From contig JAUPSS010000002.1 in the NCBI GenBank assembly GCA_040285825.1, positions 62,001 to 126,000 on the forward strand: 64,000 nucleotides of DNA. The letters run 5' to 3'. The number at the start of each line of letters is the position of its first letter. Within the stretch, counting starts at the first letter, position 1. Positions 1 to 11,575 of this stretch are shown one piece after another. The notes under the pieces are model-generated. The model did not search any database and was not told the origin of the DNA. It was given only the letters and a program-made list of their open reading frames with translations. The translations under genes and the position numbers were made by a program. Source of the DNA: Eukaryota sp. TZLM1-RC. Its lineage: Eukaryota; Protista; Metamonada: BaSk clade.

Positions 1-290
1 TTTCCATTTTCGATAAATGGAAGATTATCAGTTGAAGCAGAAACTTTTTTTGGATGACTTCCAAAAAAATGGTGAAAGAAAAAACAATGAAAAGATTTGA
101 TATTTTTTTATGGCGTTCACGGATTCAATTTGCCATTATTAATAGATTACCGCGGTTTTTCAATCGAATTAGAGAAGCTTTAGCTAGACAGCAAGCAAAT
201 CAAGATTTTGTAGAGGAAATCTTGGTTTAATGATAGTCGTCCCATTAGTTATGATTTAATTTAATCAAGTGTGCAAATTCAATAAATTAA
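1..290 (+). mobile_element. 3' end of CRE/SLACS-like non-LTR retrotransposon (family 1)
   Basis: Near-identical to 41110-41396 (FPFSINGRLSVEAE...FVEEILV, stop 228-230) with the same 3' UTR ending AATAAATTAA; the 5' part lies outside the window. Confidence 0.9.
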
Positions 291-493
291 TTTTTTATAT
301 TAGTTTGGTTTTAGTTAAATACGTTTATTGTATATTGAATTGTGTTCATATGCTGAAGCCAAGGGACATCAATTTGCGTTCATAATAAATTACATTTCAG
401 TTATGTGTAAACCCATTTGTAGATTATCAAATGGTTCTGAATACGCTACGGAGACTGGCAAGACTAAAACCTGCCTCAGTTCAACAACGTTTT

Positions 494-3400
494 TGTTAGC
501 CAGGCTAAACTCCTCCTTCCAGTTTCGGAAAGTATGATGTAACGTAGCACGTCATCATTAGTATAAATTCGTTTTTGCTTTTATTTATTTTGATTTTCTA
601 TCTCTGTTCCATGAACATCCGTTTTATTTTAGTTAATGGAAATCCAACGTGCACTGAAGCCAACAGTAATTAATGTGGACTCAAGAGAATCCACTTCTGT
701 CGCCAGGTACCCTCAAGCCGCTCCCTACTTACACCATACTGGTCGAGAAGCCATTTCCCAATACGTGGAAGCGCTTAAGGTGTACGTATTACGTATGTCA
801 ACTAATCATGTCTCGTCGGACATGACAAGAAGATATCCGTCCGCCAATCACTCTCAGTCTCCCTCCTGTTCGAAAGCGACCGAGCCCTCCTCCTGCAATT
901 CCGACCGAGAAGCCATCAAGGCTCTCACTCAAGAAGTCGCTGCGCTGAAATCTAAACTTTTTCTCGCCGAGAATTCCGAACTGAGCACTAAAGAGCCCTC
1001 CGAATCCACTTCTGCCTCCATTGAAACGAAAAAGCCATGCTCGACCTTTAACCCTCGAGATTATAAGCTTCCCTCTGAACTAGCTTACGAAGATAGCCAA
1101 GACCAATCCCCCGACTCCACTGACTCCACCAACGTCGCTACTTTCGAAAAGTGCCGTCTTGTTTCTGAAAACAACCTCCATCATGCCATGCTTCCGTATG
1201 TATTGTGTACTATTGCCCCTGTGGTGCTAGAAACCTTTGAGATCTTCGAAGAAATCGACCCTAACGACCCCGAAGCAGTCCTTTCCCTCCTGTTATCCTT
1301 TTGCCGTTTCGAAGACTCTACTGAAGCTTACCATAAGCTCCAATCTCTGAAACTCAATTTGTCTGCTCCAACCGCCGAAGAAGCTACCACCTCCTATATC
1401 TCTGCCTTCCTCAAAAAGCTCCGACTCTGTCCCTCTGAATTACCTGAAGCTGCCCGCATGAAGTTCTTTGTGAATGGAATACGCCCAAGAGACTCCGCTT
1501 CATTATCCGAACTGACGTAGAAACTGGCTCTATCGCAAGCTCCCTTCCTATCACCTTCCATACTCTGCCTACTACACTCTTCATGGCTCAACCCCCCCTC
1601 CTCCTAGATCTCAACCCCCTCGCCCTAACTTTCGAACTCCTCAGGCTCACCGCTCTGCTAACAAGTCCTATTCTGTCCGTTTCACCCCTAAGCCCTTGCC
1701 TTCCCATTAAAGTCCTCGTTCTGAACAAAAGTATCTCTCCTCAGAAGTCTCCCTCTCCCGTAACATGTTTCTATTGCAAGGAGCCCGAACACATAAGAAA
1801 AGACTGCCCTAAGCCTGGATGCAAGGTTAGCAAGCCTCGAAGGTACGGAAATAACCCTACTATTCAGAAACATCACAACCTGCGCCGTAATGTCAACCAA
1901 GTGAATCACGATGAGTCCAATGAGCCCCAAGTTAACTCTGTTATAGATTTTTATCCATTCCATGCTATCCGAAGATTTTTACGTTGAAAGCATCTTCCCT
2001 CCCGGAGTAATGTCTTCGTCTACATCTAGCTCTGACAATGATTCGTGTAATATAACTTTTAACCCGTTCTCTTCAATAAACCATTATAATTACCTAGCAC
2101 CATCCTCTTTCTCCACTTCCAAAAGTCCCACACCGTCCTCCTCTGACGCCTGTGAATTCCAGGAACTCTTTTACAACTTGGATTCGTTAACTCCCCCTAC
2201 TCCTGAAGCTAACCACTCTGTCATCTTTCGCTGTTCCTCTTCAGAAGCTTCTTCTGATCTCTCATCTGACTCAGATGAGTTAGTCTCGAAAGTCTCTTCA
2301 CGCCCAAATCTTGTGGTACCGCCAGGAAAGGCTCCCTCCCGTAACATAGATTCTCTGTCGTTGGAAACTAGTCCCGACCTCGACATTGAATCTGGGCTGG
2401 TCGACGCCGACTGTGCTTACGCCGACGGTGGAGTAACGCAAGAAGCCTCTGAACTGACTAAAAACTGCTCGTCTGACAAGATTTCAGGATCGAAGAAACC
2501 TCTCAAGAAGCACCGACCCCCTACCGAACCCCTAATTTCATTAGACAAGGATGGATTAAACAATCCCTTGGATAAGAAGCTACTCCATTTGAAGATCATA
2601 ATCCATAAACAGACCTTTCTACACGGAATGGTAGACACCGGAGCCACCATCTCTTGCATCTCTAAGGACCTAATCAAGAAGGCCAAGCTCTTCCCCACGA
2701 ACAACTCTCTCAAAGTAGGACTTGCTGACCGAACTAAAATCGTCTGCCCCTTGTCTTTGGAAAACTCGCCTTCTCTCTCGGTGGTGCCGCCAAGCTCACC
2801 TTTATCGACGTTTCATCGAATTCATGTATCATTGGTTGCGACCTTTTCGAAAGGCTAGGCATCCTAACCAAAGATTACCTCTTCTTTAACCTATCTGACA
2901 AGAACTATCAGCTAATGGAAGACGAATCCATCCCTGGTCAGTTCATTCCTCCGTCAAACCAAGTCTCCTCCCTCTCTGCTCTCCCCGATCTGGATAAGGT
3001 TTCATTCCTGCTCAAAGACCCCACTCTGGAAAACTCTATCAAAGACTTGTTATTCAAGTACCCTAAAGTGTTCTCAAAGCTTCCCGCTCCCGAAGGCATA
3101 GACTGCCCGCCTATGCACATCCCCTTTTATGACCAGACCAAGATAGTCTCCAAGAAGTTCCGATACCTGCCTCCTGACAAGCTCAGGGAAGCCAACGAAG
3201 ACATGGATGTGCTTGTCAATAATGGTTTTACTGTCCCCTATGATGGACCTTGGAGCTCCCCTATCTGTCTCTTCCAACGCCCTGGAAAACCTCCTCGCCT
3301 AACTGGAGATTACTCTGGCGCTGGAGGCATCAACGACTTAACTGTCCCCGTTCCCGCCGAACTGCCCAAGATTTCTGATGTCTGTGAGTTCCTCTCTGAT

Positions 3401-6203
3401 AGTAAATACATCCCTACCCTGGATTTGCCGAAATCTTTCTGGCAGCTGAACCTGCATCCCGACGATCAAGAAAAGTCAGCTATAGCTATCCCTGGAAGAA
3501 AGATCAAATACACCCGTGCTGCATTTGGCCTAAAGAATGTTCCCGCCGTCTTCCAAAACCTCATGAGAAGCATATTCGACTCTGAAGGAGTCTTCATCTA
3601 CATGGATGATATTATCGTGGCCACCTCGACTAAATAAGATTTCCTACAAAGCATAAGCTACATCCTGTCCCGTGCTCGCCGTTATCGTGTGAGAATCGGT
3701 CTCCACAAGTGCTCCTACCAGACCGACCGACATCCTATCAAGATACTTGGAACCATCTTTGAAGATGGAAAGCGCCGCATCGATCCCTCCAAGATCGAAA
3801 CTGTACGTAACCTAGCTCCTCCGACTTCCGTCCCCGAACTCCGATCCTTTATTGGCTCAATCAATTTTCTCCGTGACTGGCTCCCCTCCGTATCCAAAGA
3901 ACTCGCTCCCCTAACCGCACTATTAAAAAACAAGCCCAAACGCATTAAGTTAGGACCCCAAGAATTTCAATGTTTTAACAACATCAAGGAAATGGTGATT
4001 AACAGCCTTCCCCTCGCCCTGCCAGACGCTGATGACACAATCCTCGTGTCCACTGACGCCTCCAACAAAGCCATTGCCGGAATCATTTGGAAAGAGTTAG
4101 AACCTTCTCCCCCAGGAACCTGCCTTTCAAAACGCAAGGTAATGCCTGTGTCATTCTACTCACGCATTCTGACTTCTTCCCAACAACGCTGGTCCACCCT
4201 CCAGAAAGAGCTTTTCGCTATTGTTATGACGCTGAACCAGCCCAATCTCTCGTCTTTTCTTCTCACTAAGTATCTAACCATTTTCTGCGATCATAAGAAC
4301 CTTGCCTATTTGTTCTCTTGCTCTGACAACAATCGAATTGTCCTCCGTTGGATTCCCGTCTTTCATTCCTTCTCCTTCGACTGTGTTCACATTGAAGGAA
4401 TTGGGCGGACTATTTATCTAGAGCTAATTATGTTGAAACCGTCCCTAAGAAGAAGGAAAAAAAGAGAAGAAGACCAGAAGTGTCTCTGACAACCCTGTGC
4501 CCGCTTTGTGCTGCATGATGACTCATCGAGGATCGGCTAACTCTCCTCTATGGAACTACCTGAACCTCGACGATCTGACGCACTCCTCCGCCCACTGGTA
4601 CGACATTGACTTTGACACCGCTCAAAGAACTCATCATCCCTCCGCCCTTCGTCCTAAGCATTCCGTGACAGCTCACCTCAACTCCCACACACACTTCATC
4701 CGATATAACCTGAACCCTGAACCTCATGAACTGCTCTCTCCCTCTTCCGCCCGCTTCTTCATCCTCTCAACTGATCTACCACTCCTGTTCGTAAACACTA
4801 CTGCTCCAAGAGACTTTGGCAAAGCTGCTTTCGACCCTCGACCCGTCGCCACTCCTTCTGAACCCCTTGGCCTATATGCTAGAAACTTGAAGGTTAACGA
4901 TTTGGTCCAACAGGCCAACTGGAACTCCCGTATATATTTCCAGCACCCCAAGATGCCCCGCTTAGATCATCATCCCGAGGTTATGCCCCTGAACTCTCAT
5001 CCCATTATCCTCAACTACATTTATCCTAACGTCACCCTAGGGACTCTGATTGACCACGCGCATATTTTCCATTTGATTCCCCTCCCTACTCACATGGCCC
5101 CTTTCAGCTGGGAAAAAAACCGTCACCTCACCCACCGGTACCACCTCCGAATCAATCAACCGTACTTGAATAACGATCCACCACCGAAGTACTACCCCAG
5201 CCTCTGGAAACGCGCCGATCAAAGTAGTGACTGCTTTCACGATTCGACCCCTGTCCTTGCAGCCCCAGAGAATGTCCCAACTCCCCCAAGTGTGACCATT
5301 TCCCTTGGACCCCCGACATGCATACTGACAGCCCCTTTGGTGAACAGCTATATGACTTCTGCTGCCGAAGTTCACACAAAAAAATTAATTCTGAACCTGT
5401 GACTTCCGAAGCTAGTTCATTTGACATTATTCTATCCAAGTCTACTCACTTTCCAGCCAAAACATATTTCAGGCAACTTTAATCCAGCAGTCCATAGCAA
5501 CTTCAAAAAATCTCTAAACGCCACACCTTACGAATTACTGTTCGGAACAGACACCTCACCTCGACTTTTGCCAATTGATGTAATGAAAGCCAAACAACTC
5601 AAACCCAATTAGCTTGATATCTCTAATTATATGTTGCTTCTATCCAATTTGTCCAATGAAATTAAGAACAAGTGGAATTCCGTCCCTGTCCAACCCTCTC
5701 CAGAAATTGATTCTCTTGAACCGAAGCACAAACCCCAACCCGGCTCACACGTGGTTGTTCTTCGAGAAAATTTCAGCAAACTGTACGGACTTTATGTAGG
5801 ACCCTACGTAATCAAACAAATTTTCTCCCAGAGCTCCTTGTTAAATGAGAACCCTATTACCCGAACACACCTCAAGACCTCTATTCATCTGATTAAGCCG
5901 TGCTTTCTCTCTCTCCCTGATTAGATTCTTAATGCTTACGAAACTGTTAGTGTAAGTGAACTTCTAATAGATGCTATCTTGGATGTTACAGATGATCAAG
6001 CCACTGTCCTTTGGTCTGGCCTAACCGAGACCTCTTAACCGGTTAAAACTGTGGAGAACACCGTTATTTTCCAACGATTTACAAGATGAAGAACCTTGAC
6101 AAACCAAAAAGAAGACGCAGAAGAAAGAAGAGGTAGTGTTGGTTCGGAGCCATTTCAGCAAAATAGTTTAATTGTTCAGTAATCATGTGATGCCACATCA
6201 TCA
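494..6203 (+). mobile_element. Degenerate Ty3/gypsy LTR retrotransposon (element A)
   Basis: Order gag, CCHC knuckle, protease, RT, RNase H, integrase C-terminus, chromo-like tail. PPT AAGAAAGAAGAGGTAG then TGTTGG at 6137. Candidate 5' LTR 494-665 (TGTTAGC...GCCAACA) does not match the 3' candidate, so boundaries are uncertain. Confidence 0.75.
636..6136 (+). pseudogene. Disrupted gag-pol of element A
   Basis: CFYCKEPEHIRKDC knuckle (~1765), protease MVDTGAT (~2630), RT LDLPKSFWQ/AFGLKNVP/YMDD (2915-3637), RNase H TDASNKAIAG/ELFAI/CDHKNL, integrase tail TPYELLFG and GPY. Multiple stops and frameshifts; integrase HHCC and D,D35E core not seen. Confidence 0.85.
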
Positions 6204-6269
6204 GTGATTCAAGTAAGAGTTGGTTTGGGATGTTTTGATAGACGAGGAGGTTCATCATCACTCCCGTCC

Positions 6270-6876
6270 CCTTCCCCGCTGTTATCAAAATTTTGGGATT
6301 TTCAGCGACACTTAGAGGTTCATTGCTTAGAGGAGTTTCAGTAGTGATGACGAGGAAGTTATGTGTAAAGATTCAGTCTTAGACTGGTGTTCACTCTCTT
6401 TGCCCTCCGTACATACATTGGACCTGTTTGCATTCACTAACGAACCTAATTTCAGTTGCTCGCTCGGAGTGAGAAAACTTTTCGTGTTAAGAAGGGTTTC
6501 CGAGGGATTGTTTGGGTACGGGGTTACTGAATGATCTTCTGCAGGACGATTACTCTCCTTGTGAGGAAGATGATTTCCCTTCTGAAAAGGTTGAAGTTTC
6601 TGCCTTTGAAGGGGTTGGCTCTTCTCAGTGGGAAGTTCACTCTCCTTTGGAGGACTCTGCTTATGAGGATTTCATTTCTTTCCGAAAGAAAAATTACTGT
6701 TCTGAACAGGAGGACTGTCATCATTATGACTATTGAAGCCATTAATTGATGATGTTGTGTGGTTAGACATAACTATAAAAGTGTAGAATAAAAGGATATT
6801 TATCAAAATTCACTGGCCGTTACAAGGGCAATCACTAGTGAAAGCTATACTAGACCAATTGTCCACAGTACAACAT
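6270..6876 (-). mobile_element. Relic 5' end (LTR plus gag start) of a gypsy family related to element B
   Basis: TGATGATGTTGTGTGGTTAGACAT (6748-6770) resembles the element B LTR end TGATGATCTGTGGGGGTTAGACAT. Minus strand reads MSNHTTSSIN (B: MSNPHRSSIR), then an S/P/E-rich frame with an internal stop. Outer boundaries approximate. Confidence 0.5.
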
Positions 6877-7327
6877 TTAATCACGACCAAGTATAGACCA
6901 AGTATAGTGTTGCTTTTTCATCTGCTGAAATTTGTGGAAGGTTTCATAAATACTTTCACTCAGGAGAGCTCTGTTAGAAGACTATAGCATTGGATTATTT
7001 GTGATGTCATTGTGTTGCTTGTAAATAAAAGTTAATGGATGATGTTTTATGGTTTTACTTGCAGTCCTTCATTTGTTATTTACTACTGTGACAAAAGTTA
7101 AAGCTGAGCAAAATATGGTAATTGCGCCATTGAACATTGTTAAGAGAATTAACAGAGTTTGCTTACAATAGTTACACAGAATGCGTACTAATTGGTATCA
7201 GTTCTTGTGCAGAAAGAGCAACATTGCATTCAACTAATCAGAATTGTTCAAGGTCAATCATTTCACATCAATGTCTGTCCTCCTTCTCCTCCTCAAAGGA
7301 TGACAGCATGTTCTATTACACTTCCAC

Positions 7328-7828
7328 ATGTTTGCTCAAGTGCTGAAAGCTACCTGCTCTGTTTACTCTCCTTCTCGTTCAAAAAACACCAAAAATGTTG
7401 TTGAAAGAAAAATTGCCCAGCAAGTTCTATACAAAACTGAAATGTGTCGCCTGCTTATCGAGAAGGGACATTGTTCTTTTGGTCATCGTTGCAACTTTGC
7501 CCATTGCGAATCTGAGTTGAGACCGAAAATCTGCCACCCAAAGTTCAAATCTGATAAGTGTAGATCATTTCACGAAGATGGGTACTGTCCTTATGGAAGC
7601 CGATGTCGTTTTGATCACTCTTCACGTCATTCTTCTGCTCCAACTAAACCTACCAGCTCCAACATTCCATCTGTTTGTATGCGTGGTCCTTCTTCTCTGA
7701 TAGTGTTCCCAGACCCACAAAATGATGACCAGATCAATCGATTGGGTAATGTAGAGAAGTATTCCAAACGGTTACCCTTGTTTGAACGTCTTTGTTCTTC
7801 ACTGCCCCAGGGATGTACATTAATATAA
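7328..7828 (+). CDS. Tandem CCCH zinc-finger RNA-binding protein, tristetraprolin/ZFP36/TIS11-like (copy 1, intact)
   Basis: Two C-x8-C-x5-C-x3-H fingers with an 18-aa linker, YKTEMC lead-in, and C-terminal RLPLFERL resembling the TTP NOT1-binding motif RLPIFNRI. Confidence 0.92.
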   Translation: MFAQVLKATCSVYSPSRSKNTKNVVERKIAQQVLYKTEMCRLLIEKGHCSFGHRCNFAHCESELRPKICHPKFKSDKCRSFHEDGYCPYGSRCRFDHSSRHSSAPTKPTSSNIPSVCMRGPSSLIVFPDPQNDDQINRLGNVEKYSKRLPLFERLCSSLPQGCTLI

Positions 7829-8887
7829 TTGTAAAATGTAAATAAATTTTTTTTATTTTAAAATGTTTTTTTTACATCACTTTACTTGAATTTTTATTAT
7901 AGATTTGATTTGAAAAGAGAGGGAAATTCTTATTTTATGGTATAAAACAGATGCAAATACATTTATATAGCTACAGCAAAGTTGTTGTGATTACAGATTC
8001 TGTAAGATTCTACTCTAGCTCAAATAAACAATAAATACTAAGCCACAGAACTGGAGAATTGCAACTCGCCACAGATAACAGTAAAAGAAGAAAGAATAGA
8101 AGATTTAGTTCTTCCTATAAAATTCCTTCGAAATTTGGGATATCTTACATTTGATTATTTGGGCAAAATGTTTGTGGTGTATTTGTTACAATTGTCAGTC
8201 AACGATTTTAGCCCCCAGGATGCAAATGGTAGAAAGAACTGATCAAAATTTCGGTTTTTTTAGAAAATTTAATATTTTTCTGGACATTCATCAGTTTTCG
8301 AATGATTAAGCAGAATCAATAAATGTTCACACAAAAGATACAACCTTTTAATCTTAATGCTCCAACATTCGAAACAATACAATTTTTATTTAAATATCAC
8401 AGCATTGATTTTTTTGGAAATTCAAAGTGCGAAGACAACAAAAAGTTATACATAACGAGACCAATGTCATTATTGTGGAACACCTCCTTTAAATCGTCAC
8501 CTTGATGTTGATCTCACAAATTATTCAACCGTTTAAAAAGCAATTGTTGATCACAGTCACCAATTGATTGTGAATAATCAAGTTGCAAGACTTTGAATGA
8601 ATTTTTTATCTAGTCAAAATTCAAACTACAAATTTCTGTTCAAAATGATCCAAGAGCACAGTATTCATATGTTGTATTAATCTTAATGGCAGATTGTCAG
8701 ACTGTATCAATGTATTGAAACAATCCAATATTTACTTAGAATGCGTACTAATTGGTATAAGTTCTTGTGCAGAAAGAGCAACATTGCATTCAACTAATCA
8801 GAATTGTTCAAGGTCAATCATTTCACATCAATGTCTGTCCTCCTTCTCCTCCTCAAAAGATGACAGCATGTTCTATTACACTTCCAC

Positions 8888-9388
8888 ATGTTTGCTCAAG
8901 TGCTGAAAGCTACCTGCTCTGTTTACTCTCCTTCTCGTTGAAAAAACACCAAAAATATTGTTGAAAGAAAAATTGCCCAGCAAGTTCTATACAAAACTGA
9001 AATGTGTCGCCTGCTTATCGAGAAGGGACATTGTTCTTTTGGTGATCGTTGCAACTTTGCCCATTGCGAATCTGAGTTGAGACCGAAAATCTGCCACCCA
9101 AAGTTCAAATCTGATAAGTGTAGATCATTTCACGAAGATGGGTACTGTCCTTATGGAAGCCGATGTCGTTTTGATCACTCTTCACGTCATTCTTCTGCTC
9201 CAACTAAACCTACCAGCTCCAACATTCCCTCTGTTTGTATGCGTGGTCCTTCTTCTCTGATAGTGTTCCCAGACCCACAAAATGATGACCAGATCAATCG
9301 ATTGGGTAATGTAGAGAAGTATTCCAAACGGTTACCCTTGTTTGAACGTCTTTGTTCTTCACTGCCCCAGGGATGTACATTAATATAA
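8888..9388 (+). pseudogene. TTP-like copy 2 with nonsense codon
   Basis: TCA>TGA at 8939-8941 (codon 18); the downstream ORF from 9002 lacks the YKTE lead-in. Confidence 0.85.
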
Positions 9389-10443
9389 TTGTAAAATGTA
9401 AATAAATTTTTTTATTTTAAAATTTTTTTTACATCACTTTACTTGAATTTTTATTATAGATTTGATTTGAAAAAAGACGGAAATTCTTATTTCATGGTAA
9501 AAAACAGATGCAAATACATTTATATAGCTACAGCAAAGCTGTTGTGATTACAGATTCTGTAAGATTCTACTCTAGCTCAAATAGACAATAAATACTAAGC
9601 CACAGAACTGGAGAATTGCAACTCGCCACAGATAACAGTAAAAGAAGAAAGAATAGAAGATTTAGTTCTTCCTATAAAATTCCTTGGAAATTTGGGGTAT
9701 CTTGCATTTGATTATTTGGGCAAAATGTTTGTGGTGTATTTGTTACAATTGTCAGTCAACGATTTTAGCCCCCAGGATGCAAATGGTAGAAAGAACTGAT
9801 CAAAATTTCGGTTTTATTAGAAAATTTAATATATTTCTGGACATTCATCAGTTTTCGAATGATTAAGCAGAATCAATAAATGTTCACACAAAAGATACAA
9901 CCTTTTAATCTTAATGCTCCAACATTCGAAACAATACAATTTTATTTAAATATCACAGCATTGATTGTTTTGGAAATTCAAAGTGCGAAGACAACAAAAA
10001 GTTATACATAACGAGACCAATGTCATTATTGTGGAACACCTCCTTTAAATCGTCACCTTGATGTTGATCTACCAATTTATTCAACCGTTTAAAAAGCAAT
10101 TGTTGATCACAGTCACCAATTGATTGTGAATAATCAAGTTGCAAGACTTTGGATGAATTTTTTATCTAGTCAAAATTCAAACTACAAATTTCTGTTCAAA
10201 ATGATCCAAGAGCACAGTATTCATATGTTGTATTAATCTTAATGGCAGATTGTCAGACTGTATCAATGTATTGAAACAATCCAATATTTACTTAGAATGC
10301 GTACTAATTGGTATAAGTTCTTGTGCAGAAAGAGCAACATTGCATTCAACTAATCAGAATTGTTCAAGGTCAATCATGTCACATCAATGTCTGTCCTCCT
10401 TCTCCTCCTCAAAAGATGACAGCATGTTCTATTACACTTCCAC

Positions 10444-10944
10444 ATGTTTGCTCAAGTGCTGAAAGCTACCTGCTCTGTTTACTCTCCTTCTCGTTCAAAA
10501 AACACCAAAAATGTTGTTGAAAGAAAAATTGCCCAGCAAGTTCTATACAAAACTGAAATGTGTCGCCTGCTTATCGAGAAGGGACATTGTTCTTTTGGTC
10601 ATCGTTGCAACTTTGCCCATTGCGAATCTGAGTTGAGACCGAAAATCTGCCACCCAAAGTTCAAATCTGATAAGTGTAGATCATTTCACGAAGATGGGTA
10701 CTGTCCTTATGGAAGCCGATGTCGTTTTGATCACTCTTCACGTCATTCTTCTGCTCCAACTAAACCTACCAGCTCCAACATTCCCTCTGTTTGTATGCGT
10801 GGTCCTTCTTCTCTGATAGTGTTCCCAGACCCACAAAATGATGACCAGATCAATCGATTGGGTAATGTAGAGAAGTATTCCAAACGGTTACCCTTGTTTG
10901 AACGTCTTTGTTCTTCACTGCCCCAGGGATGTACATTAATATAA
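10444..10944 (+). CDS. TTP-like CCCH zinc-finger protein (copy 3, intact)
   Basis: 166 aa, protein identical to copy 1. Confidence 0.92.
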   Translation: MFAQVLKATCSVYSPSRSKNTKNVVERKIAQQVLYKTEMCRLLIEKGHCSFGHRCNFAHCESELRPKICHPKFKSDKCRSFHEDGYCPYGSRCRFDHSSRHSSAPTKPTSSNIPSVCMRGPSSLIVFPDPQNDDQINRLGNVEKYSKRLPLFERLCSSLPQGCTLI

Positions 10945-11420
10945 TTGTAAAATGTAAATAAATTTTTTTATTTTAAAATTTTTTTTACATCACTTTACTT
11001 GAATTTTTATTATAGATTTGATTTGAAAAAGACGGAAATTCTTATTTCATGGTAAAAAACAGATGCAAATACATTTATATAGCTACAGCAAAGCTGTTGT
11101 GATTACAGATTCTGTAAGATTCTACTCTAGCTCAAATAGACAATAAATACTAAGCCACAGAACTGGAGAATTGCAACTCGCCACAGATAACAGTAAAAGA
11201 AGAAAGAATAGAAGATTTAGTTCTTCCTATAAAATTCCTTGGAAATTTGGGGTATCTTGCATTTGATTATTTGGGCAAAATGTTTGTGGTGTATTTGTTA
11301 CAATTGTCAGTCAACGATTTTAGCCCCCAGGATGCATATGGTAGAAAGAACTGATCAAAATTTCGGTTTTATTAGAAAATTTAATATATTTCTGGACATT
11401 CATCAGTTTTCGAATGATTA

Positions 11421-11575
11421 TGATGATCTGTGGGGGTTAGACATTGAGTATACCTTAAATGTATTTTATTACAAGGGAATGAGGATTTCCCTTGACTTAA
11501 GCGCATGGGCGCAATAATACAATAACTATTAATAAACTATAAATAAACTATTATAAATATTATCCAAGGCTAACA
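11421..11575 (-). repeat. 3' LTR of element B (155 bp)
   Basis: Direct repeat of 18637-18791; contains AATAAA in element orientation and the pol stop codon. Confidence 0.95.

Noticed and set aside
8208-8260. Possible tRNA/Pol III gene in the array linker that could explain LTR targeting
   Set aside because: Only a weak TGGTAGA resemblance; no B-box or cloverleaf found.
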